A DNA stretch of 64,000 bases, taken from NCBI GenBank assembly GCA_951406725.2, contig OX597821.1, forward strand, positions 115,568,001 to 115,632,000, read 5' to 3'. The notes below the pieces were generated by a model. The model was not told where the DNA came from, searched no databases, and saw only the letters and a list, made by a program, of their open reading frames with translations. How positions within the stretch are numbered: position 1 is the stretch's first letter; every line of letters starts with the position of its first letter. Positions 49,201-57,900 of this stretch are shown here, in pieces. The position numbers and the translations under genes were made by a program. Origin of the DNA: Octopus vulgaris. Lineage: Eukaryota.

Positions 49201-50111
49201 ACTCTTTTTTTGTTTTACACTTTTACTTGTTTCAGTCATTTGATTGTGGCCATGCTGGAGCACTGCCTTTAGTCTAGCAAATCGGCCCCAGGACTTATTC
49301 TTTGTAAGCCTAGTACTTATTCTATCGGTCTCTATTGCCGAACCGCTAAGTTACGGGGACGCTAACACACCACCATCGGTTGTCAAGCGATGTTGGGTGG
49401 ACAAAAACAGACAAATATACACACATATATATATATATATATATACGACGGGCTTCTTTCAGTTTCCGTCTACCAAATCCACTCACAATGCTTTGGTCGG
49501 CCCGAGGCTATAGTAGAAGACACTTGCCCAAGGTGCCATGCAGTGGGAATGAACCTGGAACCATGTGGTTGGTAAGCAAGCTACTTACCATACAGCCACT
49601 CCTGTGGCTATTATTAATGTATGAAACCAATAATAACACTTGCATGAAATAAATCCACTTACAAATGAAGACATTACCAGTTTATTACAGTCAGTATTAG
49701 AGTTCTTTTAACTCAATGTTGAACATACAATCAGCAATTTAAATGCCTATTTTATAAATTCATAACTGTAAGTTACTTGTTAGGGATGATATCAGTTCAA
49801 GTACATCAATGTGGTATGGTTCAGTTTTAAAATATTTAGTGAATGGAGAAACAAAGAAATTCTGTTCAGAACTGTATCTCTTTGTATGTGTTTAAAATAT
49901 AACTGCTTCTTATTGTTACAGATATAACCTGAAGGTTTACCGTGCAGTATTCCCAGGTAAACTTTTATGTAAGTGGCTGGTAGATGCAGGTCTTGCTGGC
50001 GACAACTCAGAGGCTATTGAATATGCAGTCAGACTATTGCAAGGAAATGAAATTAAAAGTGTCAATAAGAAGAAAAACTATTTTAACACAATGCATTTGT
50101 ACAGTTTCTAG
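27834..50111 (+). CDS. GPR155: GPR155/LYCHOS (PIN-like transporter + GPCR-like + DEP domain), 14 coding exons, 825 aa
   Basis: Exons 27834-28218, 32120-32407, 33570-33684, 34445-34610, 37240-37395, 39955-40038, 40864-41072, 43799-43892, 44157-44412, 45295-45536, 46083-46178, 47406-47470, 48924-49055, 49922-50111. All introns are GT-AG, phases are compatible, and the total is 2478 nt. Motifs: SNDFALGYPI, YIYLFAPISLALINPI, GFLYGTFPTAP, CTIFSAPLMFISA, KCHQFKKYH and DEP-like WLVDAGLA..EAIEYAVRLLQG. Confidence 0.94.
28400..29015 (+). mobile_element. RTE LINE RT fragment in GPR155 intron 1
   Basis: NYRGIKLLD, FVDMEKAFDR, LLYVDDL; degenerate. Confidence 0.85.
31281..31724. mobile_element. MITE with about 29-bp TIRs (GGATCTTTTCGGTTTGA-CGGCAGTTTTT), 8-bp TSD and internal (TAACCC)n
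   Basis: TIRs at both ends; TSD caggcaag/caggcatg. It is inserted in a degenerate RTE, and a second copy lies at 40246-40668. Confidence 0.9.
32120..32407 (+). CDS. GPR155: GPR155 coding exon 2
   Basis: ttgcag / KALYGDNSIYLKYIYLFAPISLALINP...NPIVFMTILG...LTVL / gtaagt. Confidence 0.92.
33570..33684 (+). CDS. GPR155: GPR155 coding exon 3
   Basis: ttccag / GNAFAASALFYLGLNLVGK...LLVLAK / gtatgt. Confidence 0.9.
33880..34310 (-). mobile_element. HERO/NeSL-like RLE non-LTR remnant
   Basis: MEETHTNK...LRESGFQTKVLAIEVGIR resembles the RLE C-terminal E-E-A-H...VEVG motif. Confidence 0.45.
34445..34610 (+). CDS. GPR155: GPR155 coding exon 4
   Basis: ttcag / LLLPLVTWQV...GFLYGTFPTAPSAFIYASQYSIATSI / gtaagt. 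Confidence 0.92.
37240..37395 (+). CDS. GPR155: GPR155 coding exon 5
   Basis: ttacag / IASGLVLCTIFSAPLMFISARMM...LSLAFC / gtaagt. Confidence 0.92.
37865..38680 (+). mobile_element. RTE LINE 3' end with tandem-repeat UTR and (GAT)n tail
   Basis: GRGRPRKT coding end, followed by repeated gtgcc(a/g)gtggcac units and the tail. Short 3'-end copies of this family also occur at about 1-45, 9453-9628, 24918-25255, 29565-29745, 30355-30725, 32700-32942, 34726-34995, 35570-35748, 41445-41763, 46760-47086, 50313-50462, 50826-50915, 56860-57405, 59187-59400, 60340-60472, 62441-62800 and 62843-63028. Confidence 0.88.
38680..39085 (-). mobile_element. Mariner transposase remnant
   Basis: LLTDEQQENCATVSKKLF...DEDFLRS..VGEKTWVY resembles mariner LLTDEQK...TGDETWVY. 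Confidence 0.7.
39090..39380 (+). mobile_element. CR1-clade LINE 3' end with (ATT)n tail
   Basis: FFTLRVAETWNKLPASVV...FK; a second copy lies at 42960-43235. Confidence 0.8.
39955..40038 (+). CDS. GPR155: GPR155 coding exon 6
   Basis: ttaaag / VWICVIFVITRRWKKVPHLFTLCLAISQ / gtaata. Confidence 0.88.
40246..40668. mobile_element. Same MITE family, opposite orientation
   Basis: TIRs, TSD gtcattat/ggcattat, internal (TTAGGG)3. Confidence 0.9.
40864..41072 (+). CDS. GPR155: GPR155 coding exon 7
   Basis: ttacag / IFRAIGLICC...FALIGFG / gtaagt, phase 2. Confidence 0.88.
42372..42558 (+). pseudogene. Partial duplicate of GPR155 exon 9 including its splice acceptor, inside intron 7
   Basis: Near-identical to about 44116-44303 (one exon substitution, ggccaa vs ggacaa, and a 1-nt T-run difference). 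It ends abruptly after gatctgaa. Confidence 0.9.
42960..43235 (+). mobile_element. CR1-clade LINE 3' end
   Basis: Near-identical to 39090-39380. Confidence 0.8.
43799..43892 (+). CDS. GPR155: GPR155 coding exon 8
   Basis: gttag / GLPVFLTGILFLISWKYYSVSIDPTLQYGLIQ / gtatgc. It bridges phase 2 to phase 0. Confidence 0.88.
44157..44412 (+). CDS. GPR155: GPR155 coding exon 9
   Basis: ttatag / IVIKFVILLISITITSAALIIG...KDKYQLM...QTSQS / gtaagt. Confidence 0.85.
44640..45110 (+). mobile_element. BovB-type RTE 3' fragment (degenerate)
   Basis: QLSWIGYVIRM...RQLLHGEL...KYKDTL-like sequence. Confidence 0.6.
45295..45536 (+). CDS. GPR155: GPR155 coding exon 10
   Basis: ttacag / VNFTSFEEQNIEDL...LQISKHIILLLCLLFSMCI / gtaagt. 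Confidence 0.87.
46083..46178 (+). CDS. GPR155: GPR155 coding exon 11
   Basis: ttatag / SLFLNFWRLISGKKTGTYVEVVFFHGVLSSGL / gtaagt. Confidence 0.88.
47406..47470 (+). CDS. GPR155: GPR155 coding exon 12
   Basis: ttccag / GLILFVIFGFDVKMRLGAFLA / gtaaca. Confidence 0.87.
48924..49055 (+). CDS. GPR155: GPR155 coding exon 13
   Basis: ttgtag / CRCFKCC...LKCHQFKKYHKTNCRGDIERDI / gtagga. Confidence 0.86.
49215..49605 (-). mobile_element. tRNA-derived SINE with internal (TA)n
   Basis: Reverse complement of the 8095-8510 family. Confidence 0.85.
49922..50111 (+). CDS. GPR155: GPR155 last coding exon (DEP domain)
   Basis: ttacag / YNLKVYRAVFPGKLLCKWLVDAGLAGDNSEAIEYAVRLLQG...HLYSF, TAG at 50109-50111. 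Confidence 0.88.
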
Positions 50112-50519
50112 ATGTATATTTTGTTTTTAACTTGTAAAAAGAGATTTTTAAAACACAGTCGTTTTGTTTTTATTATAGATGCCTTAACACTTTAGCCTTC
50201 AGATTACTCTGTCAAGTATAATGCTTATTCATGTTGTTTTGAATTAATCATGCATTATCTTGAAGCTGAAAGATGGCCAGTTTGAACATAAAACATACTA
50301 TTTGGGCCAGATATCATCATCATTGTTTAACGTCCATCTTCCCTGTGTGCGTGGGTAGGACGGTTGACAGAAGCTGGCCAGGTGGAAAATCTTTTGAAGG
50401 CTACTGTATCTGTTTTGGCAGGGATTTTATGGCTGGATGCCCTTCCTAACACCAACCACTCTGTTCTGACAATATCCGATATTGCCATATGTATTGAATG
50501 CTCTCTTCCAGATCGAAAC

Positions 50520-50855
50520 ATGGAAAACTACACTAAAGGAGATGTTGTCACTGTTGAGGAGTCTAAAGGCCCCCATTTGGAATTACATAAAGATGATATT
50601 GTAATTACTTTCCACTATGGCAATAAGATACGTAATTTAATTGAACTTGCTTTGAACAAAAAGCAAAATTCTAATACTAAACAGATAGTTTGGACTGGAA
50701 GTGGTCCAGCAATCACAAAGACAATCACCTGTGCTGAGATTACGAAACTCAAGATAGAGGACCTTTATCAATTGAGCAAACTGGCAAATGAAAGAGTCAA
50801 AGAATCTTGGCTGCCCAAGATAAAAGGCTCCAGTCTGATCTGGCAGTGTTTCTAA
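50520..50855 (+). pseudogene. RPP25L: 3'-truncated Alba-domain RNase P/MRP subunit RPP25/RPP25L-like copy; C-terminus replaced by repeat-derived sequence
   Basis: MENYTKG...GNKIRNLIELAL...QIVWTGSGPAITKTITCAEITK...LYQLSKL...ESWLPK matches the RPP25/RPP25L N-terminal two thirds. At about 50826 it joins an RTE 3'-UTR fragment, and the expected C-terminal strand and GYQ motif are absent. Confidence 0.8.
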
Positions 50856-51723
50856 AGCTGGATGCCCTTCCTAACGCCAACCACTCCGTGAGTGCTTTTT
50901 ACGTGCCACCGGCTCATGTGCCAGGGTGTTGGACTTTTACATGTTGCTATTTAATACTATTGTTTATGCTTAGTAGCACAGATTGAATTAATGTAAAATG
51001 GGACTGGTACCTACTGGTAGATACATTGAGGGAATAAATTTTGCCTAATATTATCAATACTCTTTGCAGCTCAATTAAAGGATTTCTAATAATTCTAGCA
51101 AGGATGAGCTCTTAGGAATACCTCATTAAATACTTGTGTGTTTATATCAAAACAAAATTTATTTCTATATAATAAATAAATGTTTTAAAATATGATTATT
51201 TCTTGATTAACAAATTTATGCAATTAAACTTTCATCAAAATAAGTATAAAAAAAACTTTGAATAATAAACAAAGACAACAAAACATTTTAATATTTTATT
51301 TTTGGATGTTACAAATCGTACATAACATTAAAATTAATGTAATTCTGTCGTACAAGTTTACACATGCTAATTGTGTGGATATGTATGTAAGAATGTATGA
51401 GGAATGAAGTCAGAATATATATATTCATTTACAAATGGATGTTTATAGTGTAATGAAATAAATCCAGTTAAGAAGCAATAATGTGTGTATTATAAGAGGG
51501 TGTAATTGTTAAGAAAAATAGTCAACTCCCTTATTCCACATTCTAAATAAGTTATTCTGTTTATACATCTAAAATACTACTAGTTTTAGACCCAAGCATG
51601 TAAAAAAACGAAAAACAAACCAATGTAGAAACGAAAGATAAAAAACTATACAGAAAAGTCTCGGGTGGCGACCCCTTTGCTTTATTCTTTTATTTTTTTT
51701 ATTGATATTCTTCCAATCAAAAT

Positions 51724-51914
51724 TTAGTGTATGACAGGAAGATGTGATCGTAATATCGGGGAGTCCCAGTGGGCAGAACTAGAACGGTGATTAAAGTGAG
51801 CTTTCTTTTTTACAAACAATTCATTGAGATCAGGAATTTCTACTGGAGGAAAGATTTTATCCAAATTTGGTGGATTAAAATGTTGTGCAAAGAGAGCAAT
51901 TTTCAGCTCAGGAC
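51724..51914 (-). CDS. INCENP: INCENP last exon (IN-box C-terminal part)
   Basis: ctttcag / GPELKIALFAQHFNPPNLDKIFPPVEIPDLNELFVKKKAHFNHRSSSAHWDSPILRSHLPVIH*. Confidence 0.92.
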
Positions 51915-54900
51915 CTGAAAGGAGAAAGAAAGAAAAAAAAAAAAAAATATATATATATAAATTTTATTTGTTAGGGAATAAAAATTCCGGCATAACAGGG
52001 GTTCAAATTATTCTCAATGAAGAAATATATCTTTTAATTTAGAGATAGTAGGCCCCTTCATCTCACCATATAAAAAAGAATTTTTATTTTAAATACCTAC
52101 TACTTTATAATTTGGCTACACGTGTTTCATGAGGTACATTCCCCGGTTCCTAAACCACTCATTGTTTTGCTGGAAACCTTAAAATGTAACCCCAATCATC
52201 AGGCCCTTATATCACTTTATCATCGTTCAATACTATAAACTATATTTTAATTTTTTAAAACCCATAGGTATGTGTAAATTAGGTTCGCTGGACCCTACAG
52301 TACAAGCCATAATTCAGATCAAAATATATATAATCATTCTGTACTTATACATGAATGTCAAAGAATGTTCAAACCACTTGTATGGAGAATGATAGTGGTT
52401 CCCAACCTTTGCAGGACCTGTTCCTGAATTATCAAAATTGATTCTTTTCAGTTTGTTTAAGATAAAGTTAGATTGCAATAGCGTGACTCAAATGAAAGAA
52501 AACCATGCATGTTGGTATACACTGAGAGCCTAACATTATGAATATGGTTCCTCCAGAAAAATATGTGATTGAGTGAAAGTGAAGTCAATATTTTGAATAT
52601 AATTGTAAGCTGTGTAGAGCACAGAAAGCCAGCAATGTCAGAAGAGATCAAATGGAGTAGCAAAAATGCCAGTGCAGAAAAACTTAAAATTAATAAAAGT
52701 TGTGGGAACAATATTTCAGTGTAAATCTCAGCAAATCTTTGTACAAGAGAAAGTGGTTGTTGGGGGAATAAAGTATTTTCCATCCCTGATGAGGAAAGCA
52801 GCTTTTGTGATGATGCCTTCATTCATTGTTTGACCGTGGTCAAGACAATGGAATTTACTATGTTGCGCCAGACTTCACGGTCCATCATAGCATTACGGAG
52901 GTCCTGTTGCTGGATGCCTGTATCCCTGGAGATTACATCAGAGTAGGAGAGTGTGCGCCCTCTGGTATCGCGAGCAGATGGCTTCCAGAGGAGAAGAGTA
53001 GAAATTACCTCGTTTGCAGCTCTACAACAATGTCCAGCAAACTGGACTCTCCTACCTTTCATAAGAGATGACACAGGTGGTAATTTCCCATATATTTGTA
53101 CTTTGGTTGGCTGACTCTGAGATTTAGCATTTGGAGCAAACTTGATGGTTCTAGTTACATGCTGGATGAGGACAGTATAAAAATGTTTTCCTGAAAGAAT
53201 GTGAAATGATTTTGTCCTTGTGCTGTTGATGGAGACAAGATTGGTCCTATTCCTGTTCAAAGATTTGAAGGTGTCTTCTTAGAGTCAATCCATGTTTGGC
53301 AAGAGGTAACAAGGTAGTATGGGTTTGACAGTTGGGAATGAAGGTGTAGTGATGCTATATTTGGAAGTTTTCAGCACGCATGCACAGAGTTGGATTACTT
53401 CTGGTAGGCTGCCGGAAGTTCCCTCGTGTGCATGTGCAGAGAACTGCAAACTGAAAGCGTTCCTGCTAAATCTGCCTTTTTGAATCAGCAACCCTACCAA
53501 GTGGACGTGACCAGCCTTCTCTCAGGGAAAACCCTACATATAGAGAAGCTCTCTTCTAAGCGGGAATGGAGACGGTAATTTTGGCTCACACAAGTGAACA
53601 TTTGTGAACAGTCTTGTGGACTTGGCTACTGGTTCACCCTTAAGGAAAAATATGTGTATATATTTTTTATTTGAGAAACCCGGAAAAATAAAGTATTATT
53701 TATCACTATTGAAGACAGTTGGATTTTGGTTCTCCCTTCGACAATTGTATGTGACAAGATAAGTCAAACACCCCTCAAGTGTTCCTGAGACCTTCATCTT
53801 GTTACAAAGGCTAGGGTGGCGTGGTATTATCAGCTAACTGTAGGTATTGTTAGTGGTGAAGGCAAGTAGGTTGATATATAAGGGGGAACGTTGGGGGTAC
53901 ATCAGAGTTAATACAGTGTCAATTCAAGAGAAATCTATCTGCACACAAAGCGACGGCACCATAAAATAGGAAGCCACTGAAAGAGCCAATAGGGGAGCAG
54001 TTTTACTTGAAGATTTGGGTCAGACATAGTCCGATGATAAGTCAACAACATAACCTTTACCAAGTAACTCAAATGCAAGTATGATGAGTGACATGAATGT
54101 AAGTCTTCAGTAGATTTGGTTTAAAAGCTGTAGTGGTGACCATTAAGAAAGGAAAGGGATTCAAAATGTTCAAGAGGCTTCAAGTGAGTGTAACAGAATG
54201 ATAGTTGCCTGAGATTTGTCAAAATGAGTGGGAAATCCTCCACTCCCTAGGACCTGTACTGGTCAAGGAAAGGTCAGTCCTTTAAGGTTTGACCTACATT
54301 ACTGACCATAGTCTATATAACAGAGAGAATTTTCTATCTCTTCCTCTGATGTGTCAGCTATGACCAAGGAGCAACACCTGCTTTTGCATCGGCCTTAACC
54401 AAGAGCAGCACTTCCCTTCGCCCTTCGCTCAGCATGCTAAGAGAGGCTTTCGGCCGCAACAAAGACGAACTACTAACCAGTAAGTCATCCTTGTTGCCAC
54501 TATCACTAGAATTGCTACTGTCTCTTTAACAACCTGTCGGATAAACAAATAAATATATTTAAATAGCATTTCTTCCTTCTTGGTGTTAATTCTTCAATGT
54601 ACACTGGTTACTCTGACGTAAGAACCTTCAAGAGTTACATCTATACACTACATTTAGTAGTAGGCTACATTGTATTGAATTGATGTGGTGCACCACATCC
54701 AGCCCACTACAAGGGTATTCACAGGAATAAGACAAGCCATATAAAATTTCTGAAGATACAGATATATTCTTGCAATGAGCAAGCGAGAGAGAGAGAGAGT
54801 GCCATTAACTCTTAAACTGAATATTTTCAAGTCATAAGGTTACATCTGAATTAATCAATACCAAGGCTGATAAAAATATACTACCTACAATTAGACTGAA

Positions 54901-57900
54901 ATAATAGACTCATGTCTATAATGCTTACCTTGAGCCCATTTGGGAATTGGTTTTTGAGGACTAGATTCTTCATCAGTAGAATCATCAGACTTCAAGTCAT
55001 CGATGTCATAGCTATTGTAGGAACTTTTGTGTGGTGTCATTTCATAACTAGAAAAAGCAAACAGACAAATATTAACCCCACAAAAAGAAAAATCCTTCTT
55101 CATAGTACATTTGTTTTTGAAAATAATACACGGGAGACAAATTTTAATGAACTCTCTCAAAATGTTGAAAATAATGAGAGAAATAGTTTTATCCACTAAC
55201 GAAGCTCTATGTTAAGAACAGGATATATTCTTCTAAAATCTATGGAAGAGAGCTATCAAAATCCTCCACTTATTCCTCCTGGTTTCAAAAGCAAACGAAA
55301 TGGTGTGTGTGAACAGAAAAGTAACGCCAAGAGTTATTGGTAAAATGAAATAAATAAACACTGACTATAAGGGATATAAAAAGGGGTTCCTTGTTATAAT
55401 TAGAAGGAAAAGAGAAAATCCCATTGTTATCTAAATACTAATGAAAAGAAGCAGCATGTTAGAACAGAACAGCAGCAGCAGTGGAGGCGCAATGGCCCAG
55501 TGGTTAGGGCAGTGGACTCGCGGTCGGAGGATCGCAGTTTCGATTCCCAGACCGGGCGTTGTGTGTGTTTATTGAGCGAAAACACCTAAAGCTCCATAAG
55601 GCTCCGAAAGGGGGTGGTGGTGACCCCTGTTGTACTCTTTCGCCCCAACTTTCTCTCACTCTTTCTTCCTGTTTCTTGTCCCCGACTTCCTACGCAACCG
55701 CCGAGCCTGGATGCGCATTCACCCATCCGTTGATGCTCTTGGTGTCGGGGGTTGACCTGCTTTCTCTTCTGCGGGTCTTACGAATAGCAAAGGATCACGT
55801 TTCGGACCTCTCCCATCTTGCGAGTTCTGGGACGAAGACCGTTCGCTCAACAGCAGCAGCTTGAAATAAGTTATCAAACTCCTTTCTCCCAAACCAACAA
55901 ACAGTGAATGAGGGCGACACTGCTGGTCAGTTAAAGTCGAGTTGTAACGTAAATAGTAAACAAGATGGAGATATACATTTTTGATGAAAATATTTAGGTA
56001 ATGTAATATACACTAATTAGTGAGGATACAGAAAAAGAGAGCTCCAAACAGATTGAGCAACATCAGCCAATTACTAGTTATTAAACTATAGAAAAAGGCC
56101 AATTTTCTGCTGGTTATTTATTAGTTTACATCTGAAAACTCTGCTTCAGGCACAAAGTAGTAAGTCTCTTCTAACACTTAGAACATGATGTCTCAATTTG
56201 ATTGTATTGCTTATTCAGTGCCCATCACACTTTTTAGGATTGCGAAGGCTGAAGAAAAAGAAAGATCAGCACAGGAGGTCTGGCTAAAATTTTTGCAACA
56301 AAAATAAACTTGGCTGAAGACACCCAAGTTATTGGTCAAACCAAGGAACAAGTTGACTACCATTTAAGTAGGCTACAGGAGAATTTGAACTCAGAATGCA
56401 AAGAGTTCGTATAAATATCATACTGCATCATGTCCAATGCTCTAATGATTCCGTTGGGCCATTGCCCCACTATACTGGTACATTATTTAAATTTATCATC
56501 CCCCGAAGGACGAAAAGCAGACAACCCAGGTGAAATTCAAACTCAGAATGCAGAAATCCTACAAAATATCGCAAAGCATTTCATTCAGCATTTTAACAAA
56601 CTCTGCCAATTTGTTTTTTTTTTTTTGGGGGGTGGGGGTCCCCATTAATATTGGTTATAGCTACAGTAGAGTTTGGTAACAATGAATTAAATGTATGAGC
56701 AACCTTGGTTAATTTACTGGAGAAGTTTGGTGACCTTGTTGAAGAAATTTAACTAAATGTGACGCTTTTGAGGTAACAGTTATATTCGTATATAAATCTA
56801 GGCATTTGTTTAAATACTAGCACTATGACCTGGCAACGCCGGGTCATAGCGCTAGTGCAAAATCAAATTCGATGACTGGCGTCCGTGCTAGCACGGTGCA
56901 AAGAGCACCATACGAGTGCGATCATTGATAGAGCAGCTAACCGGCTTCCATGCCAGTGGCACAGAAAAGGCACCATTCGAGTGTGATTGTTACCAACGTC
57001 ACCTTACTGGCACTTGTGCCTGTGCTAGTAGGGTGCCTAGAGCACCATCCGAGTGTGATCGTTGCCAGAGCAGCCAACTGGGGTCCGTGCCGGTGGCACG
57101 TAAAAGGGCACCATTTGAGCGTGATCATTACCAACGTCGCCTTACTGGCACCTGTGCTGGTGGAATGTGTAAAAAGATTCGAGTGAGGTTGTTGCCAGTA
57201 CTGCCTGACTGGCCCCCGTGCCGGTGGCACGTAAAAGGCACCCACTACACTCTTGGAGTGGTTGGCATTAGGAAGGGCATCCAGCTGTAGAAACTCTGCC
57301 AGATCAAGACTAGCCTGGTGCAGCCATCTGGTTCGCCAGCCCTCAGTCAAAATCGTCCAAACCATGCTAGCATGGAAAGCAGACGTTAAACGATGATGAT
57401 GATGATTTTCATGAAAAAAAACAGGGATACCTACAATTAGGCCAAATGTTGCACCATTGAATTTCCAAAGGATTTAGCTGTCTACATGCTAAGGGCATTG
57501 CTGAATGAATGTACAGGAACCTCTGTTAATAGTAGTTCATATCACTCACCTTTCAGATTTTTTATCAGATTTGGAGCATTCAGTAGGGTTTTCAATGGTA
57601 ATAGTAGTATTGTGGCTAACCACTTTCTGATGTGCAGTGGTTTCTGAACCAAGAAGTTTTTGGATTTGTTGATCTTTCTCAAGTTTTTTTTCTTGTAAAC
57701 TCTGTTCATAAAGTAATCGTTCCCGTTCCTAATAAAAAAATAATTTTCAGTAAACAATATCAAACATATTATGACAAGTCAATATTTATGATTAGTAATT
57801 TCAAAATAAATTATAAATTTAACTATGTAGTTTTATATTTATTCAAAATACATGATATAAGAAAGGTAAATCATAATGTCTATGTAAGCATGCAGTGTAT

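Noticed and set aside
50364-50519. N-terminal part of the 163-aa ORF
   Set aside because: It derives from an RTE 3'-UTR fragment and intron-like sequence; Alba similarity starts at the ATG at 50520.
51764-51790. INCENP RSSSAHW instead of the vertebrate TSS motif
   Set aside because: A conservative Thr-to-Ser change that keeps the Aurora B phospho-acceptors; not notable.
55481-55556. Possible tRNA gene (also about 23930-24005 and 36745-36820)
   Set aside because: A/B boxes are present, but each continues into a shared SINE body, so these are SINE heads.
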